A stretch of 37,117 nucleotides of DNA from a virus (taxonomy: Duplodnaviria; Caudoviricetes): the IMG/VR virus record IMGVR_UViG_3300021233_000111, positions 1-37,117 of that record. The stretch is one strand, 5' to 3'. The position numbers and the translations under genes are program-made. The notes beneath the pieces were generated by a model. That model was not told the DNA's origin and ran no database searches. It worked only from the letters and a program-made list of their open reading frames with translations. Of the stretch, positions 1 to 9,954 are shown piece after piece (within the stretch, counting starts at the first letter, position 1; each line of letters opens with the position of its first letter).

Positions 1-94
1 GCTATGGGCTACGGCATGGCTGGGGTGTGGTCATGGATGCAGACGTGTGGTGGAGGATAGTCAGGATTAGTTCAGATGTGTAGTTTTTTTTTTT

Positions 95-160
95 CAAGCA
101 GAAGACGGCATACGACATTCCGAAACGTGACTGGAGTTCAGACGTGTGCTCTTCCGATCT
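95..160 (+). other. Illumina TruSeq P7/index adapter (sequencing artefact); 1-94 is poly-T plus junk bases
   Basis: CAAGCAGAAGACGGCATACGAcAT-TCCGAAAC-GTGACTGGAGTTCAGACGTGTGCTCTTCCGATCT matches the P7-index-Read2 primer layout with one mismatch; preceded by a T run at 84-94. Confidence 0.97.
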
Positions 161-1829
161 CCTGACGCGGCTACAGGATGGCGCTCCCCTCCTACTCGAA
201 CACGACTGCGACGATCAGATCGGCGTGGTCGAATCCGTTTCCATCGACGCGGACCGCCGGGGGCGGGCCGTCGTGCGGTTCGGGAGAAGCGCACAGGCCG
301 AGGAAATATTCCAAGACGTGCAGGACAAAATTCGGCGTCACGTTTCGGTCGGTTACATCATCAACGATGCACGAATGACCGAAGAGCGCGACGGCGAGGA
401 AGTTTGGACCGTCACGTCGTGGTGTCCTTTCGAAATCTCCATCGTCGCCGTTCCGGCGGATATCTCCGTGGGCGTGGGACGCTCACTCGAGAACGACGAA
501 GAGACCAAAAAACCCGAACCAGTTAATCAACCCGAGGTTACTCCTACAATGACCGAAGAAACCAGAATCCCCGCTCCGGCGGACCATGAGACCGCCATTC
601 GTGCGGCTACCGAGGCGGAGAAGTCTCGCACCCGTTCCATTCTGGAAATGGGCGAGAAGTTCAAGGCCGAAGACCTCGCTCGCGACGCGGTAAAGGACGG
701 CATGACTGCCGAAGCCTTCCAGAGAAGCCTTCTCGATCACGTTAATTCACGCGTTCAGCGCCCGCTGAATGAACAGATGGGCGATATCGAAACCGGCCTG
801 ACCGACAAGGAAGCGCGGAACTTCTCCTTCCTGAAGGTAATTCGCGCCCTCGCCGAGCCGACCGACCGTCGCGCCCACGAAGAAGCGAAGTTCGAGTTCG
901 AAGCAAGCCGCGCCGCGGCCGACAAACTCGGCAAGAATACCGACAAGTTCGTGATTCCCCCGGAAGTCCTGACTCGCTCGCTGAATACGAGCAAGGACGG
1001 CGCAAGCGCGGGCAACACCGGCGGATTCGGTATCGCGACCACCCTGATGCCTCAGTCGTTTATCGACATTCTCCGCAACCGCACGACCATCATGCAGTTG
1101 GGAACCGTCATGGGCGGCTTGGTCGGCAACGTCGATATCCCGAAGCAGGTCGCGGCCTCTCAGGGTTACTGGATGGGTGAGGACGCGGACGCGACCGAAT
1201 CTAACCTCGAACTCGGACAGATCCACCTGTCGGGCAAGACTGTTGCGGCCTTCTCCGAAATCACCCGTAAACTGATGATTCAGTCGAGCCTCGACGTGGA
1301 AGCATTGGTTCGCGCGGATCTCGCGAAGGCTCTCGCTCTGACCATCGACCGCGCCGGTTACTACGGCACGGGCTCCGATCATCAGCCGCTCGGCCTTGTT
1401 AACCAGACCGGCGTTAATGCCGTCGCGTTCGCCGGTTCTCAGCCGACCTTCGCGGAATTGGTCGCGATGGAAACCGAAATCGCATTGCTTAACGCTGACG
1501 TGAACTCGATGGCCTACGTCGGAAACGCGGCCCTCCGTGGTCACGCGAAGACGACTCTCAAGTTCCCGGGCGTGAACGGCTCCGGCACTATCTGGGAGCA
1601 GGGCAACACCATCAACGGTTATCGGACTGAAGTCACCAACCAGATCCAGACCGGCGACGTGTTCATGGGCAACTTCGCGGATCTTCTGATCGGTATGTGG
1701 GGCGGGCTCGAACTGTTGGTCGATCCTTACACCCACAGCAAGAAGGGCCGTCTGCGTGTCGTCGTCTTCCAAGACGTAGACTTCGCGGTTCGTCGCACTC
1801 AGTCCTTCTGCGTCGGCCGTCCGGACTAA
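161..1829 (+). CDS. Prohead protease-major capsid fusion protein (HK97 fold), 5'-truncated
   Basis: N-terminal LLLEHD..IGVV..VSVGY..EISIVAVPAD protease motifs, a linker, then a capsid domain (GFGIATTLMPQSFIDILR..GNFADLLIGMWGGLELLVDPYT). The ORF start at 144 lies inside the adapter. Confidence 0.9.
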
Positions 1830-1848
1830 TCCGGCAACCAAACGGAAG

Positions 1849-1874
1849 AGGCCGGGAAACTCCCCGGCCTTTTT
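1849..1874 (+). terminator. Intrinsic terminator after capsid gene
   Basis: AGGCCGGG-AAACTC-CCCGGCCT stem-loop followed by TTTT. Confidence 0.8.
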
Positions 1875-1891
1875 CATAAAGAGGAAATCAA

Positions 1892-2155
1892 ATGTCCGAG
1901 ACTATTCTCTTAAAAGTTACGTCCGCCCTTTGGATTGGCGGAAGCATTGCCAAGGCGGGCGAAATTATCGAAGTTTCCTATACGGAAGCGAAAGACCTTC
2001 TCGGTCGCGGGAAGGCGGTTCTCGCGGATGACGCGGACGCGCCGAAAGTTGCGCCTCGCCCTCTCTCCGTGAGCGGCACGAAGGAAGACGACGAAAGCGA
2101 AGGCGAGAATGACGCCGAAGCCCCGGTCGAAACCAAGTCACGCCGGAAGAAATAA
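1892..2155 (+). CDS. Small head-associated protein
   Basis: 87 aa, GAGG RBS, directly after capsid; acidic then basic C-terminus. Confidence 0.65.
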   Translation: MSETILLKVTSALWIGGSIAKAGEIIEVSYTEAKDLLGRGKAVLADDADAPKVAPRPLSVSGTKEDDESEGENDAEAPVETKSRRKK

Positions 2156-2478
2156 TGCCGTCGCCATCGTGGGATGATCTCGACGTGTTCGTCGCTCCGG
2201 AAGACTTCGGCGTCCCGGTCGTTCTCACGATGCAGTCGGGAGCCGTCCGGAACTTCTCCGGGATCTTCGACGACCCCTATCTGAATGCTCAACTCGGAGA
2301 ATACGAGGCCGACACGTTCCGCCCGCGCGTGACGTGCAAGGAGTCGGACGTTTCCGGCGTGACGCGTGGCGATATGGTCGTCGTCGATGGGAAGACCTTC
2401 GACGTATTAAGCGCGCCACACATCGACGGGACCGGCTTCGCGTGGCTCGAACTCGCCCCGACTGATTTCTCGGCTTAA
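2155..2478 (+). CDS. Head-tail joining protein (lambda gpFII-like)
   Basis: TAATG coupling; GIFDDPY...RGDMVVVDGKTFDV...DGTG pattern and position. Confidence 0.75.
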   Translation: MPSPSWDDLDVFVAPEDFGVPVVLTMQSGAVRNFSGIFDDPYLNAQLGEYEADTFRPRVTCKESDVSGVTRGDMVVVDGKTFDVLSAPHIDGTGFAWLELAPTDFSA

Positions 2479-2480
2479 CC

Positions 2481-3038
2481 GTGATCGGCCTTCACTTCGA
2501 GATCGAGGGCATCCGGGAGATCCAAGAGGCTCTCGGCGCGACCGATCGACAAGTTCGATTCTCGATGGCGCGCGCATTGGATCGAACCGCCGCGACGCTC
2601 CGGAAGATGAGTCAACAAGGATTCCGAACGGAACTCGGATTGAGGCGGACGGAGTTCATCCGGAAACGACTTCGCGAGATGAAGTTCCGAGGGGCGGGCT
2701 TCGCCGGGGTTCGTCTCTGGTATGGTCTTAACGATATGCCGATTTCCTACCTCAAGGGCGGCGTGAGGGCGTCTCGCAGATCAGGCGCGAGCAAGAGTTC
2801 CCAGATCGGGACGTTTCACTATCCGCACGGGTTCATTTTGCAGAATCCGAAGAACGGCCGCGGGCGATCCGTGTTCTATCGAACCGGCCCGTCTCGCTAT
2901 CCGCTCAAGGAAGAATCCGCGCCGATCAAGGATCGGATGGACGTTTATATCGAAGACAATATCTTCGATCAGGTTCCCGAGATTTTCTGGCATCACTTCG
3001 CGAGCGATCTTAAATCGCGCGTCAAGTTTCTTTCGTGA
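2481..3038 (+). CDS. Neck/minor tail protein (lambda gpZ-like)
   Basis: Basic 185 aa protein with ARALDRTA N-terminal helix and RYPL near the C-terminus; synteny. Confidence 0.65.
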   Translation: MIGLHFEIEGIREIQEALGATDRQVRFSMARALDRTAATLRKMSQQGFRTELGLRRTEFIRKRLREMKFRGAGFAGVRLWYGLNDMPISYLKGGVRASRRSGASKSSQIGTFHYPHGFILQNPKNGRGRSVFYRTGPSRYPLKEESAPIKDRMDVYIEDNIFDQVPEIFWHHFASDLKSRVKFLS

Positions 3039-3047
3039 TAGGCCGAC

Positions 3048-3617
3048 ATGACCAACGCAAATACGACCGTCTCTCTCGATCAAGTTCATTCGGGGATCAT
3101 CAACCGGATTAAGGCGAAGTTCCCGGCGCTTGAAACCGTCGAGGCCTATCGTCTCGACCGAAAGTCGCTCAAGGTTCCCGCGTGTCTCATCGAATTAACC
3201 GAGATGACGTGTCCCGTCGATCCTGATCCCGGGACGGAGCAACTCGCCGTGATGGCGCGTTTCGAGGCGATGTTCGTTATGAGTTTCAAGCAAGGAACCT
3301 CGAACCCGAAACTCGAGATCCGGAAACTCGCGGCCGCGTTCGCCGCCTTCGCTCGCCTTCAGAGGTGGGGATGCCCGATCGGTCCCGCGAACGTCCTCGG
3401 CGCGTATCAGGACGACTTCAATCCCGAACTAGATCAGTTTGAAGTATGGCGCGTGGAGTGGGAACAGATCATCCACCTCGGCGATTCAATATGGGAAGCG
3501 CCGCCGGATTGGATTCCGACCGAAGTCTATCTCGGCTTCGCGCCGAATGTGGGGCCCGCCCACATCGACGACTATATCGGCCCCCTGACAGGCAACCCCG
3601 AGGATAATCTCCCGTGA
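3048..3617 (+). CDS. Tail completion/terminator protein
   Basis: 189 aa between the gpZ-like gene and V; PACLIEL and VWRVEWEQ motifs. Confidence 0.6.
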   Translation: MTNANTTVSLDQVHSGIINRIKAKFPALETVEAYRLDRKSLKVPACLIELTEMTCPVDPDPGTEQLAVMARFEAMFVMSFKQGTSNPKLEIRKLAAAFAAFARLQRWGCPIGPANVLGAYQDDFNPELDQFEVWRVEWEQIIHLGDSIWEAPPDWIPTEVYLGFAPNVGPAHIDDYIGPLTGNPEDNLP

Positions 3618-4189
3618 GCGCCCGTGATTTCGCGTTATCCGAACACGCCCGACAAATCTCCGGGATGCTCCGGATCGGCTCCGTCGTCGAACTCGACACG
3701 GAGAAGGCGCGCGTCAAGGTTCGCGCCGGAGGTATTGTCTCGGATTGGATTCCGTGGACGGAACGAAGCGCGGGACCGACTCGAACATGGAACCCGCCGC
3801 GACCGGGCGAGCAAGTTCTAGTCGCCTCCGTCCCTGGGGAACTCGAACACGGCGTCGTTATCGGCTCGCTTCATCAAGACAAGTATCCGCACGGCGGGAC
3901 GACGAAGTATCAGGATAGAACCGTCTATCCCGACGGATCGGTCGTCGAATTCGACGCGAAGACGCACACGCTCACCGTAACGGCCGCGAAGGAAGGAAAG
4001 GTCGTCATTAACTGCAAGAACGCCGAGATCAAAGCGACCGGCGAACTCAAGATCGACTCGCCGAAATCCAAATTCACCGGGGATATTGAAGCCGACGGCG
4101 ACGTGAAAGCCGGAAGCGTGAGCCTCAAGGATCACATCCACGGACAGGTTCAAGAGGGAAGCGCGAAGACCGGAAAGCCCGACGCATAG
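3614..4189 (+). CDS. gpV: Baseplate spike protein (P2 gpV-like)
   Basis: SDWIPW...WNPPRPGEQV, YPDGSVVEFD, and C-terminal metal-binding HxH (SLKDHIHG). Confidence 0.92.
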   Translation: MSARDFALSEHARQISGMLRIGSVVELDTEKARVKVRAGGIVSDWIPWTERSAGPTRTWNPPRPGEQVLVASVPGELEHGVVIGSLHQDKYPHGGTTKYQDRTVYPDGSVVEFDAKTHTLTVTAAKEGKVVINCKNAEIKATGELKIDSPKSKFTGDIEADGDVKAGSVSLKDHIHGQVQEGSAKTGKPDA

Positions 4190-4231
4190 GAAAACCCTCA
4201 AGAGGAATCATGCCGTCCTTGCTCACAGAAT
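4188..4231 (+). promoter_or_regulatory. Putative activator-dependent late promoter 1
   Basis: AGGAAAACCCTCAAGAGGAA-N18-CAGAAT; same motif and spacing at 13472 and 34550. Confidence 0.75.
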
Positions 4232-4237
4232 GGCGCA

Positions 4238-4576
4238 ATGGACGGAATGAGCATCGCGACCGGGAAGGCGCTCGGCGGTATCGAGCATCTTCGGCAATCA
4301 GTTATCGACATTCTCTCGACCCCTATCGGATCTCGAGTGATGCGTCGCGACTACGGTTCCCGGTTGTTCGAACTCATCGACGCCCCGATGAACCGCGAAA
4401 CCTTCATGCAGTTTTACGCGGCAACGGCGGGCGCTCTCGAAAAGTGGGAACCCCGCCTCGCGATTAAGCGCGTCGCGGTCGTCTCGGCGAAACCCGGGAT
4501 CGTGGAACTCGATATCTGGGCAAAATACTTGCCGAACGGAAAAGACATTAAACTCGATGGCATCATCGTAAAATGA
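4238..4576 (+). CDS. gpW: Baseplate wedge protein (P2 gpW/T4 gp25-like)
   Basis: HLRQSVIDILSTPIGSRVMRRDYGS...WEPR signature. Confidence 0.95.
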   Translation: MDGMSIATGKALGGIEHLRQSVIDILSTPIGSRVMRRDYGSRLFELIDAPMNRETFMQFYAATAGALEKWEPRLAIKRVAVVSAKPGIVELDIWAKYLPNGKDIKLDGIIVK

Positions 4577-5469
4577 GCGAAACTCAACTTCCCCTCGACT
4601 TGTCTCTCTTGCCTCTCCCGACGGTCGTCGAGGAGATCAACTTCGAGACAATTCTCGCCGCCGAGTTGGCGGATCTCCGCGCGAGAGATTCCGCATATAC
4701 GGCGACGGTCGAGTCTGATCCGGCTTACAAGATCCTCGAAGCGGCATCCTATCGCGAGACCCTTCTCAGGGCGCGCGTGAATGATGCGGCGCGCCGTCGC
4801 TTGCTCGCATTCGCGGCGGGTGGCGACCTCGATCAGTTGGCCGCGTTCTATGGGGTCGCGCGTCAAATTATCGTCGCCGCTGATCCGACGGCGAATCCTC
4901 CGATCGATGAAGTTCTCGAGACGGACGCATCCTTCCGGATTCGCGTTCGCGAACACATCAAGGGATCGAGCGCCGCGGGAACGAAGTCGTGGTATCGATA
5001 TCACGCTCTAAGCGCCACAACCGGCGCGCGCGACGTGGAAGTAGACGCCCCAGAAGGCGGCACGGTGCGAGTTTCCGTCCTCGGCAATACCGACACGGGG
5101 GTTCCGACCGAAGCGACCCTCACGGCCGTTTCAGACGTGGTTCTCTCCGATGCGATCCGCGGTCTCTGTCACGCGGTCTCGGTCGTGTCGGCCGATATCA
5201 TCAACGTCGATATCGAAGCGAATATCAAACTCCTCCCGACGGTTCAGACGGCGTTTATCGATACGATCGACACGACGTTCCGCGCCGCGATCGAATCCTC
5301 GCGCGGTCTCGGATGGGATCTCTCTCCTTCGTGGATTATCGCGAACCTTCAGATCGCCGGGGTTCACTCGGTCGAGTTGGTCACGCCGTCGAGCCTGATC
5401 TCCGTCGCGCCTAATCAATGCGTCCACCTCGGAACGCTAACCCTCAATTATGCGGGGATGGCGGTCTAA
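4573..5469 (+). CDS. gpJ: Baseplate protein J
   Basis: DLSLLPLP.VVEEINFETIL, ESDPAYKILE, LLAFAAGGDLDQLAA, AG...Y.YHALSA. Confidence 0.93.
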   Translation: MSETQLPLDLSLLPLPTVVEEINFETILAAELADLRARDSAYTATVESDPAYKILEAASYRETLLRARVNDAARRRLLAFAAGGDLDQLAAFYGVARQIIVAADPTANPPIDEVLETDASFRIRVREHIKGSSAAGTKSWYRYHALSATTGARDVEVDAPEGGTVRVSVLGNTDTGVPTEATLTAVSDVVLSDAIRGLCHAVSVVSADIINVDIEANIKLLPTVQTAFIDTIDTTFRAAIESSRGLGWDLSPSWIIANLQIAGVHSVELVTPSSLISVAPNQCVHLGTLTLNYAGMAV

Positions 5470-6315
5470 ATGGGGGCCTTCCAGACGATCCTCCCGAGAA
5501 ACTCGACAAGCGCCGAACGCGCCCTCGAGGCGGCGATCATCGCGCCGATCGAAGTCGATGAGGGCATCGATAAAATCGTCACGCTCAAGGAGACTCCGCC
5601 GGAGTCGTTTCTCTTGTGGCTTGTCTGGGAATATGGTCTCGAGGAACTTCTCCCTTATATCCCCGACCTTCGCGCCCTCATCGCGCAAGGCCTTATCTGG
5701 GAACGCATCAAGGGAACCCCAGAATCTCTCCGGATGGTGTTCTCTTGGTTGCATTACGGCTCACCGGCGGTCGAAGAGGAAGAGCCTCTCTCGGCGCATT
5801 GGTTCGAATACATGGCGGACCCGGGCGGCGTTCCGCCCCGCTCCGATATCGAGGGGCTAACGCGTCTCGCGAAAATCACTTCTCCGGTTGGGACGCGATT
5901 GTCGCGTCTCTTTCACGGTTACGACGTGCGGAGATTCATTCTCGATCGATCAGATTGGGGCGACCTCCTTTCGGATAACTCCGGCTATTACGACCCGGAA
6001 TTCGATATCGTTCTCTCCTTCGGACACAACTTCTCATCGGAAGCGCGTCTCGATACGACGAACATCATCGGATCGGGCCAGTTGAGCCGCGAGATCCTGA
6101 CTCATCACATCTACGAGGATCGGGTCGTCTGGGACTTCCACAAGTTCGGCGACGTTCCGGTTCTCAATTATTCCGCCGGGACATTGCGCGAGCGTGAGAA
6201 CTACTCCGCCGCGGCCGTCGTCGGCCAGTATTGGACGGGCCTCCCTTGGGTGGCCGAAACTTGGGAAAAACTCGGCTATTTTGTGAGGACAGAACATCAT
6301 GGCGATCCTGCCTAA
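5470..6315 (+). CDS. gpI: Baseplate/tail protein I-like
   Basis: ILPRNSTSAERALE, FLLWLVWEYG, IKGTPESL; follows J. Confidence 0.85.
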   Translation: MGAFQTILPRNSTSAERALEAAIIAPIEVDEGIDKIVTLKETPPESFLLWLVWEYGLEELLPYIPDLRALIAQGLIWERIKGTPESLRMVFSWLHYGSPAVEEEEPLSAHWFEYMADPGGVPPRSDIEGLTRLAKITSPVGTRLSRLFHGYDVRRFILDRSDWGDLLSDNSGYYDPEFDIVLSFGHNFSSEARLDTTNIIGSGQLSREILTHHIYEDRVVWDFHKFGDVPVLNYSAGTLRERENYSAAAVVGQYWTGLPWVAETWEKLGYFVRTEHHGDPA

Positions 6316-6781
6316 ATCGGGCCGCGCGGCGATCGCGAAGGCCATCAAAACACAATCAATCCATTTAGCGTGGGGCCTCGGCGATAGCGCATGGACGACG
6401 CCGCCTGATGAGAACGCCGAAGCGACCGGACTCATCGCCGAAGTTGGTCGGCGCGCACTCACCGAGTCGGCCTTCGTGGTCCCAGACGAAGCCGGGAATA
6501 TCGTTATCGACGGCGCGGGAACCTTCAGTCGCACGACCGAAGAAACCAATCAGATTTTCCTGTCGTTCAAGTTCGACGCGACGGATGCTCCGACCGCCGT
6601 CATTCGCGAGATCGGCGTCTTCATCGGAACGGTTATCGCCTCGGGTCTCCCGGCGGGACAGAAGTATTTTTCAACCTCCGAAATCGTGGACCCCGGGACG
6701 CTCCTCCAACTCGAGAACAAGGTTCCCGTCTATCGGGCCGCGAATACGCGCGAGTCCTTTTCAATTCTGATTACCTTCTGA
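6299..6781 (+). CDS. Baseplate fibre-attachment (collar-like) protein
   Basis: HLAWGLGD..LIAEVGR..IREIGVF resembles the N-terminal domain of P2-type fibre proteins, here free-standing. Confidence 0.6.
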   Translation: MAILPKSGRAAIAKAIKTQSIHLAWGLGDSAWTTPPDENAEATGLIAEVGRRALTESAFVVPDEAGNIVIDGAGTFSRTTEETNQIFLSFKFDATDAPTAVIREIGVFIGTVIASGLPAGQKYFSTSEIVDPGTLLQLENKVPVYRAANTRESFSILITF

Positions 6782-6790
6782 GGCGGCTAG

Positions 6791-8740
6791 ATGACTCTCT
6801 CCAACTATTACGACCGGACAGATCCGGCCAAGAAATACGATCGGCATCTCTTCCGCGCCGGGAAGGGACTTCAGTCGGCCGAATTGAACGAAATTCAGCA
6901 AGCGAGCATCTCGCGGATCAAGTCGATCGGCGACGCGATCCTAAAGGATGGCGATATCATCGCGGATTGCGCTTGCTTGGTGAACGTGGACACGGGCGAG
7001 ACCGTCCTCAATTCCGGCTCGATCTACCTTCGCGGCATGGTGCGCGGCGTTCCCTCTGGGGCCTTCACGATCGCGACCGTCGGAATTGTAACGATCGGCG
7101 TTTATCTTTCCGAAGTTGAGATCACCGAAGCAGAAGATCCGACTCTCCGAGATCCGGCCGTCGGAACTCGCAACTATCAGGAAGCGGGCGCGGGTCGTCT
7201 CCAAGTCAATACCGCGTGGGGCTTCGCGGGAGATGGTTCCGCGGGCGATTTCTTCCCCGTATGGACCGTGATCGATGGCGTTCTCATCCCGAAGGAACCG
7301 CCGCCGAACCTCGACTCCGTGACGAACGCGATCGCGGCTTATGACCGCCAATCAACCGGCGGAACCTACGTCGCGAGCGGCCTTCGTGTGAGCGTCCTCG
7401 AGGATCGTCTCGACGGCTCTCAGGTTTACTCGGTCGCATCGGGCGACGCTCGAGTCGATGGCCGGAACGTATCAGTCCCGACCGCTCGCCGCGTGGTTTA
7501 TCCTGCGACCGCGGATCTCCTTCGCATCACTTCCGAGCCGCACGTCTCGACCGGCACGACCGCGCATCGAGTGACGACTGATAGGTTCCCGATCGCGAAC
7601 CTTGTCTCCGTGCAGATCACCGCGCAGAAAACCGCGACGATTACTCACGGCGCATTCACGGGCGCTCAAGACGGTCTCCCCGATAACTCGGTTCTCTCGA
7701 TCCTGTCGGTGACTCAGGGCGGCACGACCTACGTCGCCAACACCGATTACAAGCTGACCGCGGGCAAGGTCGATTGGTCGCCGAGCGGCGCGGAACCTTC
7801 TCCGGGCTCCACCTACTCCGTGACCTATCAATACATCACGACGGTTACGCCGACGGCGGTCGATTCTTCCGGCATGACCGTGACGGGCGCTGTCTCTGGG
7901 ACTCTGATCCAGATCACCTATGATGCGGCGCTTCCGCGTTATGACCGCCTATGCCTCGACTCATCCGGTCAATTCGTGTGGGTGAAGGGCGTCGCGGCCG
8001 ATTATTATCCGATCGCTCCGAGCGTTCCGAATAACCTCCTCCTCCTCGCGACGGTTTCCCAGACGTGGAACGCCGACTTAGCGAGATCCATTCGGAACGA
8101 TGGCGTCCGCATGGTTCCAATGGCGGATATCGAAGACCTCCGGAACGGGGTTATTGATCTCTATGACCTCATGGCCGAGCAGAAACTCAAGAGCGACGCG
8201 AACGGTCGTCTCGCGGCGGCGACGAAGGGCCTCTTCGTCGATCCCTTCCGGAGCAACGCCCAACGCGACGCGGGCGTCCCTCAGACGGCCGTCACCGCCT
8301 TCGGGTTTATGGTGATGCCGATCTCCGAGTCCGTGGTTTCCCTGACTACCCCGGGAAGCGCGATCGCTACGCTCGCGAAGAACGACGTGGCGGAACTCTC
8401 TCAGGATCTCCGTTCCGGCTCGATGAAGGTCAATCCGTATATGGCCTTTCAGCCGCTCCCGGCGAACGTCACGCTCACGCCGTCCGTCGATCACGCGGTC
8501 TCTGAAGTTATCACATGGGCTCCGGGCATCTTCACAAGCCATTGGCTCGGCCCGCTCGGTCACTATGTCGTCGATTCGATCGTCGTCTCGACTCAGACGC
8601 TCTCAAGTTCAACGACCGCGCTCCCGAACCTTCGTCAAATCGACGTGACGTTCTCGATCTCAGGATTCGGCCCGGGCGAAACCCTTTCTCAAGTCACATT
8701 CGACGGCATCGACGTAACGTCAACCGTCGCGGGAGTTTAA
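6791..8740 (+). CDS. Baseplate appendage protein, DUF4815-like, N-terminal part
   Basis: YYDRTDPAKKYDRHLFRAGKGLQSAELNEIQ start; KGLFVDPF and MKVNPY motifs; beta-rich. Confidence 0.7.
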   Translation: MTLSNYYDRTDPAKKYDRHLFRAGKGLQSAELNEIQQASISRIKSIGDAILKDGDIIADCACLVNVDTGETVLNSGSIYLRGMVRGVPSGAFTIATVGIVTIGVYLSEVEITEAEDPTLRDPAVGTRNYQEAGAGRLQVNTAWGFAGDGSAGDFFPVWTVIDGVLIPKEPPPNLDSVTNAIAAYDRQSTGGTYVASGLRVSVLEDRLDGSQVYSVASGDARVDGRNVSVPTARRVVYPATADLLRITSEPHVSTGTTAHRVTTDRFPIANLVSVQITAQKTATITHGAFTGAQDGLPDNSVLSILSVTQGGTTYVANTDYKLTAGKVDWSPSGAEPSPGSTYSVTYQYITTVTPTAVDSSGMTVTGAVSGTLIQITYDAALPRYDRLCLDSSGQFVWVKGVAADYYPIAPSVPNNLLLLATVSQTWNADLARSIRNDGVRMVPMADIEDLRNGVIDLYDLMAEQKLKSDANGRLAAATKGLFVDPFRSNAQRDAGVPQTAVTAFGFMVMPISESVVSLTTPGSAIATLAKNDVAELSQDLRSGSMKVNPYMAFQPLPANVTLTPSVDHAVSEVITWAPGIFTSHWLGPLGHYVVDSIVVSTQTLSSSTTALPNLRQIDVTFSISGFGPGETLSQVTFDGIDVTSTVAGV

Positions 8741-8743
8741 TCG

Positions 8744-9940
8744 ATGACAATTTCAGCAAATAGCGCGGGCGTCGTCTCTGGGAAATTCACGATCCCCGCG
8801 AGCGTTCCGATCGGCACGAAGCTAGTCGAGTTCGCCGGTTCCGGCGGCTCGAACGGCTCCGCGAATTTCACCGGCACGAACGAAATCAAGACGACGACTC
8901 AGCGCAAAATCACGGTCACGAATTATTGGGACCCGCTCGCGCAGACTTTCACGCTCGATAACGATTCCCAGATTTCGGGCGTCGATCTCTGGATGACTGC
9001 GAAGGGCACGACCCCGGTCGTCGTCCAGTTGCGCGAAGTCGAGAACGGTTTCCCCGTGCGTCGGATTCTCTCCGAGGCGATTGTTAAGCCGGTCGATATT
9101 GTCACCTCCGGCGGGACGACGCGCTTCGCGTTCCCGGAACTCCCCTATCTCCGCGCGAATACCGAATACGCGATCGTCGTTCTCTGCGATGACGCCGACG
9201 CGGCCGCATCCGTCGCGCAGTTGGGCAAATGGGACACGACTCACGGTCGATGGATCACCTCTCAGCCTTACCAGATCGGCGTTCTCCTTTCTTCGTCGAA
9301 TGCCTCGACGTGGACCGCCCATCAAGACATGGATCTCGCGTTCCGACTCCTCTCGCCGTCCTTCACTCAGACGACGCGGACCATCGATCTCGGGACGACC
9401 GCCGTGTCGAACACGTCGGATCTCATGGTTATGGCGGACGTGGATATCCCTTCGTCCTCTTGCCGATGCGTATTCCGATTGACTTTGATCGGCCGCGATA
9501 ACGAAGCGATCACCGTCGCGCCCTATCAGCCGATCTCCTTAACGAGTCGCTACACCGGGAACGTCAAGATCGAAGCGATCCTGACGGGAACCGCGGACGC
9601 GTCTCCGGTTCTCTATCCGGAAGTTCAACTCGCGGTCGGCAACGTGGAAGAGACCGCGGTCTATGTGACCCGCACATTCTCAGCAAATAGCGGAACGAGC
9701 CTAGTCGTGATCCTCGACGCGATGACGCCCGGATCTAGCACGATCGGCGTCGAAGTCTTCAATGGGACTTCATGGTCGGCGGTATCATTCGATAGCGGCG
9801 CGCCGCTCGAGGATACATGGGTCGAACGCAAATACACGAAGACCGGATTCTCTGGAACCGATGCGCGACTTCGCATCACCATGACCGGGAACGCGGCGGC
9901 TCGACCGACGATCCGCAACCTCCGCGCAATTTTCACTTAA
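8744..9940 (+). CDS. Baseplate appendage protein, DUF4815-like, C-terminal part
   Basis: SGKFTIP, DPLAQTF, GVLLSSSNASTWTAHQDMDLAF; GGGAG RBS at 8731. Confidence 0.7.
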   Translation: MTISANSAGVVSGKFTIPASVPIGTKLVEFAGSGGSNGSANFTGTNEIKTTTQRKITVTNYWDPLAQTFTLDNDSQISGVDLWMTAKGTTPVVVQLREVENGFPVRRILSEAIVKPVDIVTSGGTTRFAFPELPYLRANTEYAIVVLCDDADAAASVAQLGKWDTTHGRWITSQPYQIGVLLSSSNASTWTAHQDMDLAFRLLSPSFTQTTRTIDLGTTAVSNTSDLMVMADVDIPSSSCRCVFRLTLIGRDNEAITVAPYQPISLTSRYTGNVKIEAILTGTADASPVLYPEVQLAVGNVEETAVYVTRTFSANSGTSLVVILDAMTPGSSTIGVEVFNGTSWSAVSFDSGAPLEDTWVERKYTKTGFSGTDARLRITMTGNAAARPTIRNLRAIFT

Positions 9941-9954
9941 TCGAGGGCTAGATC

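Noticed and set aside
94-294. Minus-strand ORF ending DRKSTRLNSSH..RMPSSA
   Set aside because: This is the translation of the Illumina adapter
747-1877. 376-aa antisense ORF, and similar long antisense or alternate-frame ORFs across structural genes
   Set aside because: Shadows of well-supported plus-strand genes in GC-rich DNA; no motifs
8738-8740. Genome-wide stop-codon recoding
   Set aside because: TAA, TAG and TGA all end conserved genes at expected lengths; only this junction is suggestive
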